Notes under the pieces: model-generated
The model's input: the letters and a program-made list of their open reading frames with translations, nothing else
Told to the model about the DNA's origin: nothing
The model's database searches: none
Assembly (NCBI RefSeq): GCF_009914755.1
Contig: NC_060932.1
Source: the human T2T-CHM13v2.0 reference genome, Homo sapiens
Length of the DNA: 64,000 nucleotides
Strand: one strand, 5' to 3'
Position numbers and translations under genes: made by a program
In this document: piece after piece, positions 25,611 to 40,151 of the stretch
Layout: each line of letters begins with the position of its first letter
Position numbering within the stretch: the first letter of the stretch is position 1

Positions 25611-28224
25611 TAATGTTTTAATATTTTTCTCTTGAATTTAATGTTAATCTACTTGTACTTTGTATGTGGCATAAAATTTGTGTTCCCTATTATTTATTCC
25701 AAAATGAATAGCCAGTTGGCCCAGCATTGCTTATTGAATAATTCATCTTTTTCCCACTAAATCAAAGTATTACTTTTGGCATGTGATAAATTCACGTACA
25801 CAATTATATGGTCTATTTCTGCATTTTCTATTTTCTTCCATAACTTGTTTAGTCCTGTGTCAATATTATGTTGATGTGGTTATAAAGGCTTTGTTTTTTA
25901 GTATTATGATATCTGATTTTAAAAAGAGTCATACCATAATTTATATATTTGGCTATATTTTAATATTTAATACTATTTATATTTAAAGCTATTTAATCCA
26001 ATTTCCTCTACTTACAAATAAAGTTGTTGGCACTCTACCAAGTTATAAATGTATGACACTTACAAATTAATTTCTGGAAAACTTAAATTTTGTGATACTG
26101 AGTCTCATCATTCAAGAACATTGCAGGTCCCCCAAATCTTCTGCCCTGATGAATAAATGACAGACAGCTGGGTTTGGATTTTTGTGTGGTAGTTCTTTTC
26201 TCCTAGTAATCTATAGTTGCTATTTCACTGGCTTTCATTTCAGTTGTGAATGGGATGTCCAACATGAATTTGATTTTCTGTGCCTCTATAAACTGCTTGT
26301 TTCTCTGAATGGATGCTTGCAAGCTTGGGAGTTTTACCAGAATTTGCCTAGGTGAGTGCATTTTCCCATCCATCCTGTCTGGAATTTATTAAGCCTTTTC
26401 AATTGGTAACTTGGACTTTCTTCAGCTCAGACAAAAAAAAACAACTTCAAGATAGTTATTTCCTTTCTTGTATCTGTTCCATTCTCCTCCTGCAATCTCT
26501 ATTTTTCACTTTTTAATTCTCTCACATCTATCCACTAACTCTCTTATGGTTTCCATTTTATATCTTTAATCTATACTTGCCTCTGTGCTTTGGAATATTT
26601 TTTTAAACTTGATGTTCAGGCTAATAATTCAGGTTTTAGCAGAAATCCTTCTCTCCTTCATTTATATACTGAATTGTAGAGTTGTGAAAACAATGCTTTG
26701 ATCCAAAAAGTGTCCTTATTTTTCTCTTCATTTTTTTTCCCTTCCAGATGCTCTCATTTCACTAGGGACGGGTTCTATTTGCTCTAATTGATCTCCCTTT
26801 TCCTGGCTTTTGTCCCTATAGATGGGTGGCTGTTTCTCTGTATCTGTTCATTAGGGCTCTGCCAACATAAAAGCTCCCTAAGTGGCAGCATTCTCATAAG
26901 CAGTGGGAGGAAAAGTGTCCTATGTGCTAATGGTACATAAGCCAGTTCACTGCTGACTTCCAGGAAGACTCCTTGTTCTTGGGTGTTCCTGTCCTCTCCA
27001 AACTTGAGGGTACTCAGTCGTCCATTCAGCTGCTAGTTGCCTCATGCATTCAAGGAGACTTGGCAAGTTATTCTGCAGCTAGTCAGAACCTTCTACATGA
27101 GTGGTTACACATCTCTGAAGGCCAAGTTCTTACAGGATCCACTGCTCTCTGATCTTACACTGAGGCTGTCATGGTTATCTCCAGCTGCATTCCAGGCCTT
27201 AGGGAAAACATCCCGATACCAGTTTTCTCCACTAGGATGCCGACAACGCTCATAGCATCAACTTTACACATCTACTTATAGGACCCTGGAGCCATTTGTA
27301 TCAGTAGAGACAAGTAACCTGGATTTAGATTATAGAAATAGGGGGATGGGAAGAAAGTTGTGTTTGGGTAACCATATTCCCAGAATACCCCACCTGAATA
27401 TTTTTCAAAGTCTGTCTTTTTCTCTAGATGTTCTGTGGTCCAAGCAGGCATGGACCCTCTCTGTGTTTTACTCAGCACTGTATATCCAGGCCCTCACACA
27501 AGACCTGAAACAAATAAAATAAAGCCCTCATTAAATGTGTATAGAATGAATGAATGTTTGTGATATTAATCTCCAAATAATATTTTTCAATTAGGTAGTC
27601 AGAGCTATATCCATTTTCCTTCATTATTCTTTACACTGCATTTATGCTTAAAAAGATGCTTCCAAATCAGACACTTGCTGAACCTTTACACATAGATTCA
27701 TCAGAACTTTCCCACATTTCTCTTAAGATCAGTCGAGAGCTTTGCTCATCTTAATGACTCATTGACTTCCCTTGGGCCCATCAAAGATGAGCTAGCGCTT
27801 CCTTGTTCAGCCAGCATATTTTCCCCTCAGAAAAGGACATGCCTGCATTTATCTCAGGAGCAATACGAATTCAGTCTTCCCATAAAACTAAATAGCCCTC
27901 AGGAAGCCGTATAGTTAGAGCCAGATGAGCAATGTATGACCATGTTTTGTTTGTTTGTTTCGTTGGTTGGGTTTTTTATATTTTGCAAAATAATGAAAAG
28001 GTGTACCAGAGAATGTTTTTATGTTGTTTTCACTAGGGAACTTGAGACTATTAACTGCTTTGCCAGTGAAGAACAGGTGCGGATCCAATGATCAGGTGAC
28101 GCAGTTGCCTTGACAGAGGATAATTATTCTTGCCCATAAGAGATAGACCCAAAGGTAAAAATCACAATATGTTCTGGATTATTTTTACCAGTAACTTTCC
28201 ACATATGTTAAAGAAAAAATCTTA

Positions 28225-28345
28225 TACAGTAGGGTAACTATAGCTAATAACAATGTATTGTATATTTAAAGATATACAAGATATAAAGATAAAAGAGAGG
28301 ATTTTGAATGTTATCACCAAAAGAAATAATAAATAATAAATGTGT
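28225..28345 (+). mobile_element. L1MA 3'UTR fragment
   Basis: cagtagggtaactatagctaataacaatgtattgtatattt...gagaggattttgaatgtt. Confidence 0.75.
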
Positions 28346-29319
28346 AAAGTTTAAACTGTCTTTAATATTTTGAGTAGCAAAGGTAGAGTTGGCTAGGAAA
28401 CCAGCAGTCCCCACATGAAAACTGAGGTTTTTAGAGATATTTTTGCACATAAGCTGGAAGTTCTGTATCATATCTGGTATGTTGGCCTTCTGGCTGATTT
28501 TTGTAGCCAGCTTTTTGTTGGCTTTTTTTTCGCATTTTTATCAATTAATTTTTAATTAATTTACTTGTTTTAGATGTATCTCTGTCTACCTTGCACAACC
28601 TCATTTTCTCTTTTATTTATAAATTATCTACCTCATAAGCCAATCAACCCTACCAGCTAGCTAAATACACCTAACATAGATCCCCCCTCGATCTTCAGAA
28701 GCCCCCATACTACATCTTACCCTCTTCTTTGCACTGGAAATTATTAGGGGGTACCATTATGACTGGTACTTCATCCCAGCAGGGCAAAGAGAAAAGTACG
28801 ACTATCATGCACCTGATAGTCAGTAAATTATTTCTTTGTTGGAAATAATTCTAGAGTAGTCATGTGAGAATATAAATTATTACTAATGCTTTCTTCTTCA
28901 GTTAATAAGCAGATGTTTCCAATAATCACTAACTATAATGTATTGAGAGGATAGAACAACATAGGAGAATTGGCCCCTGACATCAAATAACTTACAGTCT
29001 AGATGAGGAGATTTAGAAACCATAAAATGTCTAGATTTTACATCAATTCACAATTATTGTACACTCTATGTATATACTGAATAATACTATGTCTATTTGA
29101 TGTATACACATATACAGTATATATTGTATTTAAATAATATCTGTGTTATTTATCAAGCACTTATAGCACCCAGCACATACATGAATCTATGCTCTCCAGT
29201 CCATTGCAATAACATAGATCCCTAAATCCCATTATGCAGAAGAAAAAGTTTCTATATTTGATAAGGGGAAATTTTCAGTTTGAAAAATAAGAAATAAAAA
29301 CCTTCTTGAATCTTTCCAT

Positions 29320-29860
29320 GAATATTTACTGAATGTTTACAATGCACAAAGCTCTATCCTAGTGCTGGGATGCAGAATAACAAATAACAAAATAGACAAG
29401 GTCCTTGCTATCATGAATATTACATGCTACTTTAAGGAGGCCAGATGGATGGAAAGATGATAGATAGATAGAGAGATAGATAGATAATCACAATAAACAT
29501 TAAAGATAAATTTTTTAAAGGCAGCAAGAAAGATAGGGACTGGGTACAAGAAGAAACTCATTTTAGAAAAGAGTTCTAAGCTTAGACCTGAATAAAGTGA
29601 ATGGATTCCGCCATGAAAGAATAAGAGAGAGGACTCTGAAATAAGCATGAGCTTATCATGTCTCAAAAGCAGATAGAGGGTCAATATCATGAGGGAACAG
29701 TGAACCAGTAAAGTGATGATAGAGGAGCAACAAATGAGAAGTGAGTATAGACAGAAGCGTGGACTGCTTCACGTAGGGTCCTGAAAGCCCTGATTAGGAA
29801 TTGTAATTTTATTCCAAGCACACTCGAAAGCCATTAGAAGGTTTTATCAAGGAAGTTTTA
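29320..29860 (-). mobile_element. L2 with an internal (GATA)n tract at ~29456-29486
   Basis: atatttactgaatgtttacaatg, agacaaggtccttgc, ttttattccaagc...aagccattagaaggtttta. Confidence 0.7.
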
Positions 29861-29899
29861 TCTCTACAAAAGAAACTCTTCTGAATTTTACTGTTCCCC

Positions 29900-30176
29900 A
29901 GGCAGTGATGCAGGGATCCAGGCTCCTTCTATTTTATGCTTTGCTATGTTAAACTAGTGGATTCCTAGCTTACTTTAGAAGGAAAAAGAACCCGGAAGAT
30001 CACTCAAGGAAAGTTTTATATGAGCCAGGCCTGTGAGGGTTATAATCTTTCTACTCATATTTCATCAGCTAGTGTTCCATGCTATGCCCATCCCTAACTG
30101 CAAGGGAAACTGAAAAATATTGCCTAACTCTGAGTTCAGTAAAAAGAGGAAACAGGCTTGGTAATTAGTTAGCTGT
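29900..30176 (-). mobile_element. MLT1J/K-like LTR fragment
   Basis: cagggatccaggctccttcta...cctaactgcaagggaaactgaaaaatatt...aagaggaaacagg. Confidence 0.75.
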
Positions 30177-30389
30177 ATTTAACTGTAAAAGTCAAACTTC
30201 AATTCCTGACTTCTACTAATCGAGTCCTATGTATAAACCTGAGCTTCTTCAGGACTGGCTATTCAAAATTCCAATTTCCTCTAGAGTTTTCATTTAATTC
30301 ATCTAATTCCCACAAATGGAGTGTCTTACTACTCCCATATTAAGTACTATAACTACTAAAGTACTTCTCCTTGTGGTATCATTACAAAC

Positions 30390-30846
30390 TGTGCCAGAGA
30401 CTCTACTTCTCTCTCAATATCCATTCTCTCCTTCTTTTACAGTAATGTAACACCCAAAATTCAGCCTTGGGCATGGTTACATGGACTAAAGACATTTTCC
30501 AGATTCACATGTGACTAGTTTATCTATGTGACTAGGTTTTGGCAAATAAAACATAACAAAGGATGTATTTGCAACTTCCAGGAAGTGCCTTTAGCCTCCT
30601 TGCTGTTGGCTGGAATGCAGAGATAATGGCTGGAGCTGGAGTAAACGTCTTGACCACAACCTGGAATACATGCTACACATGGCAGAACAAGAGGTAACCA
30701 AGGAACTTGAGACCTTGATGACTTTCGAGCTGCCACACTTGAGCTTGCCTGCATTCATGTGAGAGAAAATCTAATTTCTATCTAATTAAGCCATTGTTAT
30801 CTTGAGGTTTCTGTTACTTGCTCCCGAAGTAATTCTTGGCAATACA
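30390..30846 (+). mobile_element. MLT1J-like LTR
   Basis: atccattctctccttc, atgtgactaggttttggc, gcaacttccaggaagtg, ggctggaatgcag, tttctgttacttgc. Confidence 0.8.
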
Positions 30847-30849
30847 CTA

Positions 30850-31070
30850 ACTTTGTGCCACATTCCATACTAGGTGCTTTATATACATTATGTAATAATT
30901 TGATGAATACAACAACTCAAAAGATATCATTTTACCCACTTCACAGGCAACAAAACTGAGGCTCAGAGAAGTCAAATTATAGCTTACATTGAGTAAGTGG
31001 TGTAAATGGCATTACAAAATAGGCATGTACATGTTGAAGCAAGTGTTCTCAAACCACATGCCATATCATC
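30850..31070 (-). mobile_element. MIR
   Basis: cccacttcacagg...aaactgaggctcagagaagtcaaat. Confidence 0.75.
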
Positions 31071-33349
31071 ACTCACAGAATATAATCTACTCCAGGCTTT
31101 AGGCTCAATCTAACCCAAAGTCAGAGATCCACTACCTGGAGGCATTATAACAACCTCTTATACCACAATTTGCCATTAGCACTTCTCTAATTTTGTATCC
31201 TCTTCCAGTACTTGGGTTCACGCCTTGTTCCTAATAGTTAATTCTTGCACTGAACTCCAGTTTCAGTAGGTGTGCTTCTGGTTCTTTTTACAAAGCCTGT
31301 ATATCCCTACCTTGTAATCTTATCTACTGCTCCAACTTCCCTCAATTCTTAAATGGTGGATCCAATATGCTGCTCCTTAATCTTAGTTTTATGGTTGAAT
31401 CTCTAATAACTGCAAAAATCTCTGACATGGATCACTTGTCTACCATGCTATCTTCTTGCTTTCATCAAGTCAAGCCCTGAGTGCTTTCCATAATCATAGC
31501 TATAGAGAACAATGAAGTAGGTCACAGAGTGTAGTGATAAATATCTCAGAATCTATCACTGGCTGTTTTGCACTCAAACATCAACTTTAGCACTAACTAC
31601 CTTGTTACCTGGGAGCATTGCCTAACCTGTCCAAGCTTTAGTTCCTTCTTCCATAAAATGGGGAGAGGAGGAAGAAGATGATGAAGAAGAGGATGCAGAA
31701 GAAACTCCTAGACTTTCCATGTTAGTTACATGAGGTAATTTGAGTCATGCAGGTAAAGCTGGTACATATAATTATGAGGAAATACCAGTTGTTGTAATCA
31801 TGATAACCATTATCAGTGTTTCCTTATTGACTTCCTAGGCTGCCAGATTTTTCACAAAAACAGCCTTAAGTCTAGTAATTTGTCTGCTTGTCTTTTTCCG
31901 CTAATAGATTGAAAGCTCCCTAAGGGAAAGTACTGTCTTATTCATTGTTATTTCCCCTAAAATGTAATGGGTGCACAAATAAATTTGCTGACTTGTTGAA
32001 GACCATAAAGTCAAAAGGTCTAATTTTAAAGATAAAAAGTCGAAGTTTCAATCAAGTAAATATTCTGACCAAGTCAACAGAACTAATTAATGGTGAAATT
32101 AGAACCAAAACTTTGTCATACCGTATCTCTTTGCCTCATCCCATTTATGTTTATTACCTGAATTTTTCAAAGCCAAGATCGAATCTACCTTTCTTTAAAT
32201 GCCTCTTTCTGGAGTTAATCATTTCTCACCTGCTTCTTCTGAACCTGATTCACAACTATATCATATTCTCTTAGATTGCTTTTTAATTTTCATATTGAGT
32301 CTCTCTGTTACTTGTGAAGTCATGGATGTCCCAGTGACTTACTCAACTATTTATTACTTCTATAACATCTGATGCAGTTCCTAAAGCATGGAAGGTGACA
32401 AGTGATGTGTGCTGAATATAATTAGAGAGAGTAAGACCCATCAACACTTTTCTAAATACTGTGTATACTGACTAGTCCCATTTTATGAAATGCACATATA
32501 TTGTAGTAAAATTTCACTTGGGTGCTTCTGATAACCCACAAAAGTTCAACTCCTCCAGCTTTAAGGAGTCTTAACCCACCATCCTCTATCCCAGGATATA
32601 AAACACCACTACCACCCTTCCTGTTGCTTTGTAATAATCAAGGAACTACATTCCAGTTAGACACAACTATCCTAAGTTTCTCAGTTGAGCTCTTGGAATC
32701 TATGAGCAAATTATTGGGCACTCATGCTTATATATTCCCAGGGGGTTCAAAACCCCAATCAGTCAGCTGACTGTCTGAGAATCACTGCTTAAGGGTTGGC
32801 ATTTGGAAAGTTCAACACTTTTCAGAACTTGTGCTCACACCAAATACATACATATTAAAGGTGTCTAAGGTGGAGTGGGAAAAAAGAGAGAGCAGTCTAT
32901 TGAAGAATAGTAAGATGATAGAGAAAGAAATATTCATATATATTTTACAGCAAATCCTTTTAATTATCTAATGTTTAATATTTTAATGCCAGAAGATATT
33001 ATTGAAAAGCTTATAAATATGCATACACTGGAGATGAGAGATCAAAATTTTTTACTGATAAAATATACTTTCAAATTTGTAAACTACCTGCCCTATTACT
33101 GTATAGAGCTTTCTCTTTGAAGTAAAAGAAGCTATTTTCACCTTCTTCTTTGTATGTGTCAGTGTTTCTCTTTTCTTTCCATTTATCTTTTAATGTATGA
33201 CTCTGTTCTCATTGATTGTCTAAGCAATCTAATCTTGGATCCAGAACTGAAAGGCTTAGATCTAGAATTTGCTTCAGACTTATTATCTCTATGCTGCAAA
33301 GTCTGATTCACCATTTGGATGTGTTTGCTTTCTTTAAGTTTGAGAGTAA

Positions 33350-33527
33350 CAGGGAAATAAAGAAAAGTTAAAGAAAGCTCAGGAAAGGGAGGAAAAGAAG
33401 GGAAGGGAATGGGAAAAGAAAGAAACAGAAAGAGGAAGGAAGCAAGGAAGGAAAGAGAAAGATTTATGGAGAGACCGAGAAGAGGAAACAGGAGAGGAGG
33501 GGAGGAGGGAAAAGGAGAGGAAGAAAT
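33350..33527. repeat. GA-rich polypurine low-complexity tract
   Basis: About 175 bp almost entirely A/G. Confidence 0.9.
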
Positions 33528-34519
33528 TTAAAAGAGATGCTATATGTTATGCTACCAATCATCTTCCTATTGCTCTTCAGCATTAGAGAAGATGAGAAGT
33601 GTGGTTATCATGGTGAAACAAGCTTCCAAGCAGAATTAGAAAAGTAATCAATGGCAAGACAAGTACTATCGATTTCCACTACTCCTCTCCTCCCCCTTGC
33701 AAACAGATGAAACCCAGCAACTCAGTTGTCAATGGCAAAGCCACTTATAAGCACTGAGAACTATAATGATGAAAGAAAACCATGCTAAATGATAGGATTA
33801 AAGGCTTTTTAAAGTGTAATGTATTTTATAAAAATAGATGAATATTGACTCACTCATTACCTTTGGTATGGTAGAGAACTAATTACTAATGGGTGCTTAA
33901 ATGTCATGTTAATGACATAAGTAAACACCACAACTTCTTTCCCTACCAAGAGTTTTCCATGTGTCATAGATACTATCCAGTTATTAAATATTGGTTTACT
34001 TCTTCTTTAACCCTGAGTCAAAATTTAAAAACAGATTTTTAAGGATAGAAAATGCTAGAACACACAAAAATATTAATCTCTGGAATGCAATACTTTTTGT
34101 TCCTAATCCCAAGTTAGCTGCTAAGTTAATATTAAGTAAATGGTTTTGGCTTTCCAGGCTGTTGTTATGCTAAATAAGTATAAGTAGAACATATATTTTC
34201 AACTTAACAATTACATGCACAAAGTTGTCACTCCATAGCTACTATTCCGCTTCCCTCTGCAGCTGACCTTCAAAGCATTGATGATCTTAGGTGGATGTTG
34301 AGACCACACATGCAAGAGTAAAAGTGAAGACAGAGGGTGTTAACCAATTTGTATTTTGAGAGGGATGATGAAGAACCCTTAGCTCTTTTTTGAGGCCTAG
34401 AGCTAGTTTCTATTTGTTTTCTGGTCAAATAAACTTCCTCACATTTTTCTCTAATCTAGTAGGTTACCTTCTTGTTAATAATCATGCCGATGAATATTCC
34501 CTTTCAGGGCATTTGCAGA

Positions 34520-35000
34520 GGAGGAGATGCCTATGTGGCCACCTCCTAGTTGAGATCCGTAATGTAACTTCTACATTTTAGGTTAGTTCCTGAGCATTTA
34601 GAAAAAAATATATTTCTCACCCTTTTTTACAGCCAGGTATGGCCATGTGACTAAATTCTGGCGGCATGACTAAATTTTGGCAAAAAATTCTTGTGGTAAA
34701 TTTTGGTGCTTCTCGCCAATGTATCTCTTTCCCATGGTCTTCTTTATCTCTTCTTCTGTAATACTGTTTGGAATGTGAAATCTGCCATATTGGATTATGA
34801 GCATAAGGCCCCATTGAGCTGGACAGAACCTGGAGTCCCTAAGGACTTCACAGAGAAGAGCTGCCATAACAACCACGGTTTACATACCTGTAGACTCTTA
34901 AATGAGAGAGGAATATACTTCCATCCTCTTCAAACGACTGCTTTGGTTGTTTGTTGTTTAATCTCTCACACCTAAAGCAAAACCTTTCTAGTCTAACAAC
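34520..35000 (+). mobile_element. MLT1J-like LTR
   Basis: cagccaggtatggccatgtgactaaattctggc, gaacctggagtccct, gagctgccata. Confidence 0.75.
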
Positions 35001-35168
35001 ACAAGATACAGCATATATATTAGACGAGAACTTATACATATTTCAACTGATGGTGCTCACAGATGTAATCCAAATGGCAAGACCACCGTGGAATCTGTTT
35101 TCCTACATGGAATAAAAGTATGGACATTTTTTAAGGGTGATGGCACATCCTTACTTTAAAAGCTTTCC

Positions 35169-35416
<248 letters not shown>

Positions 35417-36099
35417 ACTTTCCTTAACTTTCCTTAGCTGGAGTTTTTAAACATAAATAAATAAATAAGGTTCATTTGGATACACACCACTCCTAAGGGT
35501 ATAATGGCAATTTTAATCTTGGCTATTTGTCTGGAATAATGTTATCTGACTTTGAAATGATCCAAAGAGAAGTGTCCTTTTAAAGTGATGTATGATGAGC
35601 CTTTATAACCAGACGCATTGACATTTGGGGAGGAAACAGTTTGCTGGCAGCCTGGCCTGGAGTTGCTTTGGCTCCTGGCTTTATACTCACTCACCCAGGG
35701 CTGCCACAGAAAACTCACGGCAAAATGTCACAGGCAGAAAACAATCTGAGGGAGAGCTAATTACCACTTGGAGAGATCAATTTGATTGCAATGGCTGTTT
35801 CATAATACACAGATTCAAAATGAGCATCTTCCAAGTTTCTAAGATGAGAAAAGGGCTATAAATCCATTTGGGGGATGGGTAAAATAAGGTGGACTATTTT
35901 GACTTTATAAAATATATACTCTCCAAAGAGCTTTGAAGGATCTCAAAGATAAGTCAGCAGCCTCTAAACTGTTCTAGAAACATACAAAAGGAGATAATGT
36001 GAATTTGTTTCTATTTCCCATGAAACTCTAAATGTACCACCAGAATCCTCCTGGTAGGTTGTCAGGGTACCTACTGTCCAGGATTAACAGAGACCCTCT

Positions 36100-37520
36100 G
36101 ATACGAGCTCCCTTACCTCTCCTCCCTCTTTCCTCCAAATGTTATTCTTGAGAAGGACTCATACTCTGAAGCAGCCCTGTTTCTTGGAACCTTTCAGTCC
36201 TCCCTGGGGTCTCCAGGACCCTGCTGTATCAGCCTGTTCCATTTCCTTCATATATTCAAACTCTTCCTTTTCATTTCCTCCCCTCTGCCAAACTTTAAAG
36301 AGTTTCAAATCTATCTCTTCAACTCCTCTCCCAACCTAAGCTAGCTAGTTTCTTCCTCTGACTGCAAAACTTCTCAAAGGAGCATCACTCTTTACTGCCT
36401 CTCCTTTCTCTCACATTCTCTATATTGGCTCCTGTAATCTGGGCAGTGTCCTCACACCTAATGAAACTGCTCCACTAAAGTACACTAATACTGTGCTAAA
36501 TTAAATAGAACTTTCTTAAGCTTCATTTTCCTTGACTACTAGCGCCTCTAACCACCATTGATTCTTGGCCCTTTTCTCAAGCCAAGCTCCTCTCCAGCTT
36601 ACACCAACCTCTGCAGGGTCCCTCATTACTGGCCATGCCTTCCCGAAAATGCTTTCCTCCTTTGGCATCTTTACAAGATACCATGACCTACTTCTCCTCC
36701 TCTGAGTTCTGACGCTGCTTTTCTAGCATGTTTTCATTTGTCCAACACTTAAATATAAGTGTTCCCCAAAGTTTACACTTCAGCACATCATGTTTCTTAC
36801 TATGGTGTATGTGCTATTGCATCAGAAATACTATTTCCATAGTCATAATAAGCTCCATGCAATTCATTCTCAAATAAAATGTCTCAAGCCCTGAAATCTC
36901 TTTCAAGCCCCAAGTAAGATAACCTTTGTACATTTTATATGATTGTGTTAAAGCATAAAAATCAGAGTGTTTCAAACAGAACACATCATCTTACACCTTA
37001 ATTCTATCTCTTGTCCTTTTTCTACATGTCTGGTTCAATAACCACTTCATCATTTTTATTTCTAAGATTCACAATACAAGTGTTATTGTCTATCCCTCTA
37101 ACTCATGACCCATTCGTGGCCCTTGTGACCACTGACTTAAATCTAAATAAGTACAAAGTATTACCTCAGGTGCTGTGGCAGATGCAAGGATCAAGTAAAA
37201 GCTTCTCGAAGATGCCTACAAGTTGATGACAGCCCTAACAACAATGCCCACACACTGCTTCTTATATTTATCCACTTGTTTTCATTCTGATAGACTCTAA
37301 TTCAAGCCCTGCTAAGCCTCTCCCATTGTCCACTGTTACAGCCTCACAAGAGATTTCACTCTCTCCATTCTCTTCTCATGTCCAAGTGATCCTCCAGGTT
37401 GTTTCCGTAGTTACCAATTCTAAAAGAAATTTAATCCAGTTATTTGTCTAGTTAAAAAGTAAAAAAGCCGGCTGTACCTCTCCACTGCACTCAAAACAGA
37501 ATTCATACTCCTGCCTAGAA
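36100..37520 (+). mobile_element. Degraded L2
   Basis: gcaaaacttctcaaaggagc, gaaactgctcca, taaatataagtgttccccaaag, tcaaacagaac. Confidence 0.55.
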
Positions 37521-38626
37521 CATATATCTCAATACAATGTATTTGTATGGTCAACAAAAACTATTGAGCATGATGCTCATGCCTAAACACAATATAGCCG
37601 CTTGGGGCACACAATTTCTGCCCTTATGAGGTCCAAGTTGAGAATCATAGGCCCCAAAATAATTTTAAATACAAAATACAAAAAAAAAATAAAGAGACTT
37701 AGGACTGTTATGTAGTAACAATTTTTTAAGTCAGTTGACAATAATTCAAAAGTAATTCCAGTCTTTCTATGTTCTTCCTGGAAAACATTACCAGAAATTC
37801 AATTTATGTTCTACAGCAATATCCCACACAAAAAATATTTTCCTCTCTTGTGCATTAAAATTCTCTCTTTCTCTGCAAATGCTTTAGAGACTATTGTCAA
37901 AAATTCCTCCTCAGTTTACCCAAGTGACTTTTCAACTTTTCTTTCTGGATTCAGATTTAGATGTTATTTTTTAATCAGTTGCATGGATTCTTTATCACAA
38001 AAGCAAACTTAAGAACAAACCCTTTTCTGCAGCCTCCCTAGTCCTGTCTGTCTCTGCCTTTTGTCACAATTACCCCACAAAAAGCCCAGGAAAAGGAGCT
38101 GGGAAAGAAAGAACACTACTTGAGTTACAAAAAAAAAAAAAAAAACAAAAAACAAAAAAACACTAGAAAGGCAACTTGGGAATGCTGACATATTAAAATT
38201 ATCATGTCCTCAAATAAAAAATTACAAAGGAATTTTTTTTTTGCTGGAGTTATCAGTGCTGAGACGGGGAGGAAGCGGGGCACACCAGGCAGAGATGGTT
38301 CCCCAGAGGAGGAGATGCCTGAGTTGAACCTGAACAAATGAGTTAACCCATGGAAAGCAAAGTCAGAAAAGCCTCACATTTCAGGCAGGTAACAGGATAA
38401 ACCCAGAAGTCAAACAATGGCAGGACTTGAGCCACAAGGCTGGGAATATGGAACATAGTTGCAGGTCTGGAGCCACAGAGCGGCTTAAAAAAGAGAAAGC
38501 AGCAGAACTCCTGGCCTGCACATGGATTCGGTATTGAAAGAGGACTGAACAATTCAGGAGCAGGCACAGAAAGAATTCAGTAGTAGAGACCAATGAAGCA
38601 GCCCAGCGCTATCAACTGCTGCCACA

Positions 38627-38637
38627 GTGTGTGTGTG

Positions 38638-38673
<36 letters not shown>
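38627..38673. repeat. (TG)n microsatellite with a GGG interruption
   Basis: Directly visible. Confidence 0.95.
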
Positions 38674-38679
<6 letters not shown>

Positions 38680-39631
38680 ACAGCAGGAGTGATATAGGAA
38701 GTGGTGATAGTTGGTAGCAGAGAAAACCAAAATGGAGATAAGGAAGTGGAGGCTGCATAAGGCAAATGTGCAGAGTCATCCCACAAAGCTGAAGATTTCA
38801 GATGTGTCAGGTAACTTGAAAGGCCTGTGATTCTGACTAATCCTCTGGATCCCAGATGCATTATTAGCTCATAAGTGGAACCCCTTTTAAATGAGAGTTG
38901 GGGATGCCAACTTCATTGGGGTACTTCCTACTTTAGAAAGGATGGACCTAGAAATTCAAATGAAGTTTAAATATTTGCTTACTGCTTGTAAATGAAGCAA
39001 GCTGTGAGTTTCAGGGACATGATGGGGCAGAGAAAATATTGGGTCGCTATCTCCCACCTTTCCTGCATTATATACCCCATTGCCTGTTTCTTAATTTGCT
39101 TTTAAATTTTTGGCATGTCACCCAGGGGCTCGGAATTGCCCAATACATAATCATAATCCTTTTTCACAATACTCTGTTCTCATTGGTATGGTGAACCTCA
39201 TTTATCTTACTTTATTTGGTTAGTATTTTGTGCATTTAAGTTTTTATTTTATAATATATCAATATCCATAAAACTACTAGCCAAACCAATATCTATCAAC
39301 TTGGGTAGACGGGAGAGGAACTTCTAAGGATTTAGCAAATAATAAGCTCCAAAGCACTTGCAGAAAAAGGGGGAATTTTAGTGGACAAGAGAGGAAAATT
39401 TTTTTGTGGAGTATTGTTGTAGGATATAAATTGAATTTCTGGTAATTTTTCCAAGAACATGTAAAATTAACATCTCCCTATTTTCCCCTCCCAAAGTGCC
39501 CCCAGCTATCCTATTCAGAATAGGACAAATACTATCCAGAATGTTTCTTGTTACATTGTTTTTATTGCATGTTGGTATGTTTAAACCATATTGTTTGATG
39601 TTGCCTGTTTTTCAACTCTAAAAAATGGGGA

Positions 39632-39964
<333 letters not shown>

Positions 39965-40151
39965 GAGGGTACATTATTGTGAAAAGTCCTCAGTGACTTG
40001 CTTTTTCATTCAGTATTATGCTACTGAAATACAATCATGTTGATATGTTTAGCCATAGGTCATTAATTTTCATGGCTCTATACAAGCCCACTGTGTAAAT
40101 GCATTATTCAACTCTCCAGTCACACAGAACACACAGACACCAGCTTCTTTG

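Larger units (their letters stand above)
24250..26700 (-). mobile_element. Degraded L1ME hosting an Alu and an L1PA
   Basis: ttcccagttttttagcta, ttaaatttgcattcccctta, gccagttggcccagcattgcttattgaataattc. Confidence 0.7.

Noticed and set aside
38128-38160. Solo poly(A) as an ultra-truncated retro-insertion
   Set aside because: The putative TSD (aacacta) is only 7 bp in A-rich sequence and no element body is recognisable
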